From the NCBI GenBank assembly GCA_031285625.1, contig JAITVV010000047.1, positions 1-15,202 of the forward strand: a DNA stretch of 15,202 nucleotides, in the 5' to 3' direction. Positions 7,415 to 15,202 of this stretch are shown in pieces. The notes beneath the pieces are model-generated. The model made no database searches, had not been told where the DNA came from, and saw only the letters and a list, made by a program, of their open reading frames with translations. The first letter of the stretch is position 1; each line of letters begins with the position of its first letter. Made by a program: the position numbers and the translations under genes. Source of the DNA: Prevotella sp. Lineage in GTDB: Bacteria > Bacteroidota > Bacteroidia > Bacteroidales > Dysgonomonadaceae.

Positions 7415-8953
7415 ATGAAAAAATATATATTAAATATTCTTTTAGCAGGTCTTATCTTGAGCTTTTCTGCCTGTTCCGACATGTTGGACCTGACGTCACC
7501 GGATCAGGAAACATCGGCAAACTTCTGGAAAGATACAGAAGCAGCTGAAGCCGGCCTGGCAACTGCTTATTCCCAGATAGAAAGTAGTAATGGGGGATAT
7601 TATCTTGGAGAAGTCAGATTTACGGTAGAACCATTCAGGGAAGATATTATCGTCCCCGGACCGGATGCTAACGGCTATCCGGATTGGATGCAACTGGCTA
7701 ATTTTACTTATGATTTTAGTAATACGCAACTGATCGTATATTGGGAAGATAACTATCGCGGAATAATGCATGCTAATCAGGTTATCGAAAAGGTTGCTAC
7801 AATAGAGAATATTGATCCCGATTACCAGAAACAGATAATAGCAGAAGCAACTTTCCTTAGAGGATATTATCACCTTAAATTATTACTTAACTGGGAAAGG
7901 ATCATTATTCGAGATGTGTATGTAACAAGTGAAAATAAACTGGACAAAGGAGTATCTCCACGTACCGAAGCCTGGGATTTTATCTTGTCGGACTTTGATA
8001 CTGCTTCAAAAATATTACCTCAAAGACAAACTCCTGAACGTTTGGGTAGGGTAACCAAAGGTACTGCTAATGCATATCTGGGTTATGCATACCTGACACG
8101 CTCTTATGAAGAACCGGACAATAAAACTGAATATCTGAAAAAGGCGGAAGAAAGCTTCAAACAAGTGCAGGGATATGATTTGGTAAAGAATCCTCTTTCT
8201 ATGTTTAACGGGACAAATAAAAATAGCGAGGAGTCGATCTTTGAAATACAGTTCACTGACAACACAGCAGGAGGAGCAAACTACAGGCATTATTTGCATA
8301 AATTTATCGGATGTACCCAACTGGATGGATGGGGATGTATCAGACCTAGCAAAATGTTGCTGGATGAATTCAAAAAAGAAGGGAAAATTGCAACAACCGG
8401 TCGTTATGATACAAGAGCCTATAAGACACTGTATTTTAAAGATGATTACTATAACGATTCTTCTACAGAGATGGTATATGGATATAAGTTTGAGGATATA
8501 TTTACTGATCCGAATACGGAGTATATAGAGTTCAGAAAATATCTTCCTGCTACCTTAGAGGATTTACAGAGACCCAGCAGTGCTATCAACGTTCCGCTGA
8601 TGCGATATGCCGATGTCCTTTTACTCCTGGCAGAAACATTGAATGAACAAAACAGGCCGGATCAGGCAGTTCCATTAATCAACCAGGTGAGGACAAGAGC
8701 AGATATGCCTGATATGACAGGAACAAGCCAGGAAGAAGTCCGGGCCCAAATCGAACATGAACGTATTGTTGAGTTTGCTTTGGAGTGTACCCGTTTTTAT
8801 GACTTAAGGCGATGGGGAAAAACGAAAGAAGCCCTGAGTTCGGTAGGCAGAACCAACTTCGACCCTGCACAACATAATTTCTATCCGATTCCTCAGGGAG
8901 AAATAAATTCAAATATCGTCCTTCGCGAGCAGTTGGCAAACGAAGGGAATTAA
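7415..8953 (+). CDS. susD: SusD/RagB glycan-binding outer membrane lipoprotein (512 aa from the corrected start)
   Basis: The likely start is ATG 7415 (MKKYILNILLAGLILSFSA-C, lipobox), 16 nt after the susC stop. Motifs AEATFLRGYYH, GRVTKGTANAYLG, ESIFEIQF, MRYADVLLLLAE, INQVRTRA, ERIVEFALE..RFYDLRRWG, YPIPQGEI. Confidence 0.97.
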   Translation: MKKYILNILLAGLILSFSACSDMLDLTSPDQETSANFWKDTEAAEAGLATAYSQIESSNGGYYLGEVRFTVEPFREDIIVPGPDANGYPDWMQLANFTYDFSNTQLIVYWEDNYRGIMHANQVIEKVATIENIDPDYQKQIIAEATFLRGYYHLKLLLNWERIIIRDVYVTSENKLDKGVSPRTEAWDFILSDFDTASKILPQRQTPERLGRVTKGTANAYLGYAYLTRSYEEPDNKTEYLKKAEESFKQVQGYDLVKNPLSMFNGTNKNSEESIFEIQFTDNTAGGANYRHYLHKFIGCTQLDGWGCIRPSKMLLDEFKKEGKIATTGRYDTRAYKTLYFKDDYYNDSSTEMVYGYKFEDIFTDPNTEYIEFRKYLPATLEDLQRPSSAINVPLMRYADVLLLLAETLNEQNRPDQAVPLINQVRTRADMPDMTGTSQEEVRAQIEHERIVEFALECTRFYDLRRWGKTKEALSSVGRTNFDPAQHNFYPIPQGEINSNIVLREQLANEGN

Positions 8954-8966
8954 AAAATAGTTAGAG

Positions 8967-9272
8967 ATGTTTATTGTCTTTGGCATAATGATCTTTGGTA
9001 TCGTCGCAGGCTATTTCCTGCGACGGGTACCGAATATAAATTTTATCGGAAAACTAATCACGGCATTTATTTTCCTACTTCTTTTTACCTTAGGTTTATC
9101 AGTTGGAGGTAATAGTATTATTATAGATAACCTGTCTGCTATAGGTTGGCAAGCTCTTATAATAACACTGGCTGCTATTATTGGAAGCATACTGGCTGCA
9201 TGGTTGGTATATGAGAAATTTTTCAGAAAAGAAGACGAAAACAATAAACAGGATTTGATTCAAAAGAAGTAA
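8967..9272 (+). CDS. LysO/DUF340 family transporter, small subunit (equivalent to the N-terminal third of YbjE/LysO)
   Basis: 101 aa with three hydrophobic segments and the motifs GIVAGYFLR and FLLLFTLGLSVGGN typical of DUF340. Its stop abuts the next ATG (TAAATG). Confidence 0.85.
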   Translation: MFIVFGIMIFGIVAGYFLRRVPNINFIGKLITAFIFLLLFTLGLSVGGNSIIIDNLSAIGWQALIITLAAIIGSILAAWLVYEKFFRKEDENNKQDLIQKK

Positions 9273-9875
9273 ATGAAAGGTAGCCTTATAATATTAGCAT
9301 TCTTTGTGGCAGGTCTTATGGTCTCTTACTTTGGTTTGGTATCACCGGATATTCTTCAGAATGATTTAAGTTCATATGTCCTATATGGACTAATGTTCCT
9401 TGTCGGACTCAATATTGGCTATGATAAGAATATTTTGGATACACTTAAGAAGACCAGGCCAAAAGTGATTCTTGTGCCTTTGGCTACATTAGTCGGTACA
9501 CTTTTAGGATGTGCGGTTATAAGTATAGTTGTTCCAAAATACGATATGTTTGAATGTATGGCAGTTGGGTCAGGCTTTGGTTATTATTCACTGTCGGGTA
9601 TATTCATTACCCAATACAAAGGAGCTGAATTAGGTACTATTGCACTGCTATCCAATATTATCAGAGAGTTGATAACATTGCTTTTTGCACCTGTTCTGGT
9701 GACCTGTTTTGGAAAGCTGGCACCCATCTCATCAGGAGGAGCAACAACAATGGATACGACATTGCCTGTTATAACTAAATATTCCGGATCTGAGTTCGTA
9801 TTGATAGCTATATTTCATGGTATCACACTTGATTTGTGTGTGCCGTTTTTGGTTACTTTTTTTTGTTACTTATAA
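9273..9875 (+). CDS. lysO: Lysine exporter LysO family protein, large subunit
   Basis: 200 aa polytopic membrane protein with LysO signature motifs AVGSGFGYYSLSG, ELGTIALLSNIIRE and GGATTMDTTLPVI. Confidence 0.92.
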   Translation: MKGSLIILAFFVAGLMVSYFGLVSPDILQNDLSSYVLYGLMFLVGLNIGYDKNILDTLKKTRPKVILVPLATLVGTLLGCAVISIVVPKYDMFECMAVGSGFGYYSLSGIFITQYKGAELGTIALLSNIIRELITLLFAPVLVTCFGKLAPISSGGATTMDTTLPVITKYSGSEFVLIAIFHGITLDLCVPFLVTFFCYL

Positions 9876-9880
9876 ACTAA

Positions 9881-13018
<3,138 letters not shown>

Positions 13019-13029
13019 TAAACAGATAA

Positions 13030-14985
13030 ATGAATAAAATATATAAAATTCTTATAGGGTTAATATGTGTATCTGTTATATTCCCGGCGTGTTCTCCTAA
13101 GGAGAGTGCGTCGGAGGATATAACTCCCCGGTTTTCCAAACTATTGAATATAATCCACACAGCACAGGATAAACCCGCCCGGGGACAAGGCTATTTTACA
13201 GATCAGGGCTCATGGATGGGATTTACTATTCCCGAAAATGATTTCCGGATTAATGGTTTTTGCGGACCATTTGATCTTGACCACAGACAATGGATAAGCC
13301 ATTCATTTATTCAGGTGGGTTATACAAACTCTAATAATGAGATTATACAGCCTGAAGAATTTGTCCAAAAAGAAGTTGCCTATTATCCCGGAAGGGCAAT
13401 TCTAAAATCGACGCAAAAGGAAATAGAAATAGAGCAGACACTTATTTTCCTGGATGCAAGAAATACTATGCTAAGATGTAAAGCCAACCAACAGATCCGC
13501 TTTTATCTTAAAGGCAGATTTGTGAACGATATCGGTGAAGAACCCGTTATAGCTGCAAATAATATATTGGAATACAAACTGGCTAGCGGGGAGGTAATTG
13601 TACTTACTTTTCCCCAGTATGTAAATCTGGATCTGGACATGGATAACAAAAGCTATACGGTAAACATGCAAAAAGAGGCTGCTGGGCTGGATGTTGTTAT
13701 ATCATATTTCAATACGGAGAAAGATTATGTAGTGACAGATAAGGGATATGCCCAATCTATTTTGAGTAATGGCCAAAGTGCTTATGATTCGGTTATTGCC
13801 CGCTGGAACGGTTATATAACGAAAAACCTGAGAGATGATATGCCGGAAAGCTATAATCGTATTATGGTAAAATGTATAATGACCCTGATCAGTAACTGGC
13901 GCAGTGCGAAAGGCGGGCTACTGCATGACGGAGTCGTACCTTCCCATGCAATGGGATACTTTGTCGGTTTCTGGGCATGGGATTCATGGAAGCATGCCGT
14001 TGCATTGGCGCACATTGAACCGGAACTCGCCAAAAATCAGATCCGTACTATGTTCGACTATCAATCCCAGGAAGGGATGATCGCTGATTGTATCTATACT
14101 GATACCTTGGAAAATAACTGGAGAGATTCAAAACCACCATTGGCTGTATGGGCGGTAAATGAAATATATAATGTAACCGGAGATAAAGCTTTCTTAGAAG
14201 AAATGTATCCCTGCTTGGTAAAATATCATAAATGGTGGTATCAGTACAGAGATCATGACAAAAATAGAATTTGTGAATTCGGGGCAACAGACGGCACATT
14301 GGAAGCAGCTAAATGGGAAAGTGGTATGGATAACGCTATTCGTTTTGATGATGCCCAAATATTAAAGAATAGTGATGGCGCATGGAGCTTCGATCAGGAA
14401 TCTGTCGATTTAAACGCATATCTGTGCTATGAGCAAACTCTGCTGGCCAAATTAGCTTCTGTTATAGGAGCAACATTCGATGTAGAAAATAAAGCCGAAA
14501 TAGTGAGAGAATACTTCTTTGATAAAAAGGAGGGGTATTTTTATGACAGACAAATGAATGGTGATTTTATTCGGGAGCAGGGGCCGGAGGGCTGGACTCC
14601 TCTTTGGACAAGTATTGCCACTAAGGAACAGGCAAAAGACGTAATAAAAATAATGTTTGATACAACAAAATTCTCCACGTATATCCCTTTTCCTACAGTT
14701 GCAGCGGACAATCCCAAGTTTCTTCCGGAAGGCTATTGGAGAGGACCGATCTGGCTCGATCAGGTATATTTTGCTATTGCTGGACTTCGTAAATATAACT
14801 ATGTAAAAGAAGCTGATAATTATACCGATCAGGTATTCACCAGACTGGATGGACTAAATGAGGATAAGCCTATACATGAAAATTATGATACCAATACAGG
14901 TAAACGGTTAAAGGCTCCACATTTTAGCTGGTCTTCTGCACATCTGTTTATGATGTATCGCGATTATGGAAAAAATCTGGACTAG
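13030..14985 (+). CDS. ygjK: GH63 (MGH1-like) alpha-glucosidase, YgjK-like, predicted lipoprotein
   Basis: Lipobox VIFPA-C; YgjK-like N-domain motif F.DQGSWMGF.IP...GFCGP; TLISNWRSA.G; FWAWDSWKH; NWRDSKPPLAVWAV; WESGMDNAIRFD (catalytic acid region); QESVDLN; GPEGWTPLW; YWRGPIWLDQ; HENY..NTG (catalytic base region); FSWSSAH. Confidence 0.92.
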   Translation: MNKIYKILIGLICVSVIFPACSPKESASEDITPRFSKLLNIIHTAQDKPARGQGYFTDQGSWMGFTIPENDFRINGFCGPFDLDHRQWISHSFIQVGYTNSNNEIIQPEEFVQKEVAYYPGRAILKSTQKEIEIEQTLIFLDARNTMLRCKANQQIRFYLKGRFVNDIGEEPVIAANNILEYKLASGEVIVLTFPQYVNLDLDMDNKSYTVNMQKEAAGLDVVISYFNTEKDYVVTDKGYAQSILSNGQSAYDSVIARWNGYITKNLRDDMPESYNRIMVKCIMTLISNWRSAKGGLLHDGVVPSHAMGYFVGFWAWDSWKHAVALAHIEPELAKNQIRTMFDYQSQEGMIADCIYTDTLENNWRDSKPPLAVWAVNEIYNVTGDKAFLEEMYPCLVKYHKWWYQYRDHDKNRICEFGATDGTLEAAKWESGMDNAIRFDDAQILKNSDGAWSFDQESVDLNAYLCYEQTLLAKLASVIGATFDVENKAEIVREYFFDKKEGYFYDRQMNGDFIREQGPEGWTPLWTSIATKEQAKDVIKIMFDTTKFSTYIPFPTVAADNPKFLPEGYWRGPIWLDQVYFAIAGLRKYNYVKEADNYTDQVFTRLDGLNEDKPIHENYDTNTGKRLKAPHFSWSSAHLFMMYRDYGKNLD

Positions 14986-15032
14986 CCTGATATGAGATAT
15001 CCGGATTTTTTTTTCAAAACTAAACTGTTAAA

Positions 15033-15068
15033 AAAAATGCCCCGATCATATAGATTTGGGGCATTTTT
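15033..15068 (+). terminator. Intrinsic terminator closing the PUL (potentially bidirectional)
   Basis: AAAAATGCCCC (15033-15043) and GGGGCATTTTT (15058-15068) form a perfect 11-bp stem, extendable with a G-U pair, with A and T tails, about 47 nt after the GH63 stop. Confidence 0.88.
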
Positions 15069-15120
15069 ATAAATAACAGTTAGCAGCTGGAAAATCCAGT
15101 GAGCGTTGCCCCCTCGTGCC

Positions 15121-15201
15121 AAATCTAAATTGACCCCTGAAAAAACTTTATGATTACCCCTAAATTATCCTGGTCGACGGGGTCATTTTTATTTTAGATT
15201 T
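15121..15201. repeat. Imperfect inverted repeat, possibly collapsed insertion-sequence (IS21-like) ends
   Basis: AAATCTAAA (15121-15129) pairs with TTTAGATTT (15193-15201), and TGACCCC (15131-15137) pairs with GGGGTCA (15179-15185). No transposase is in the window and the structure runs to the window edge. Confidence 0.4.
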
Positions 15202-15202
15202 A

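Noticed and set aside
8967-9875. LysO as a single gene broken by a nonsense mutation
   Set aside because: Each part has its own typical start and the first has a charged C-terminal tail. Two-gene DUF340 pairs are the usual Bacteroidota arrangement to my knowledge.

Overview
AT-rich Bacteroidota DNA (Dysgonomonas-like by protein style; this is an inference). Positions 2315-14985 form one intact, co-oriented polysaccharide utilization locus (PUL): ECF sigma factor, FecR anti-sigma, SusC transducer with an N-terminal extension, SusD, a two-gene LysO/DUF340 lysine-exporter pair, a LacZ-type GH2 beta-galactosidase and a lipoprotein YgjK-like GH63 alpha-glucosidase, closed by an intrinsic terminator. 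The main hypothesis is that this PUL dismantles Glc-alpha1,2-Gal-beta1-O-hydroxylysine, the collagen O-glycan: GH63 would remove Glc, GH2 would remove Gal, and LysO would handle the (hydroxy)lysine aglycone. Positions 1-261 are the 3' end of a GH35 beta-galactosidase. Positions 260-1650 hold degraded gene fragments that the ORF track does not resolve: an F5/8 (CBM32) domain, a PQQ-type beta-propeller C-terminus, and an internally deleted minus-strand secreted-protein gene that has an out-of-frame (GA)n tract in its signal-peptide region and a C-terminal GSSVRCV motif. The window ends in an inverted repeat that resembles insertion-sequence ends.
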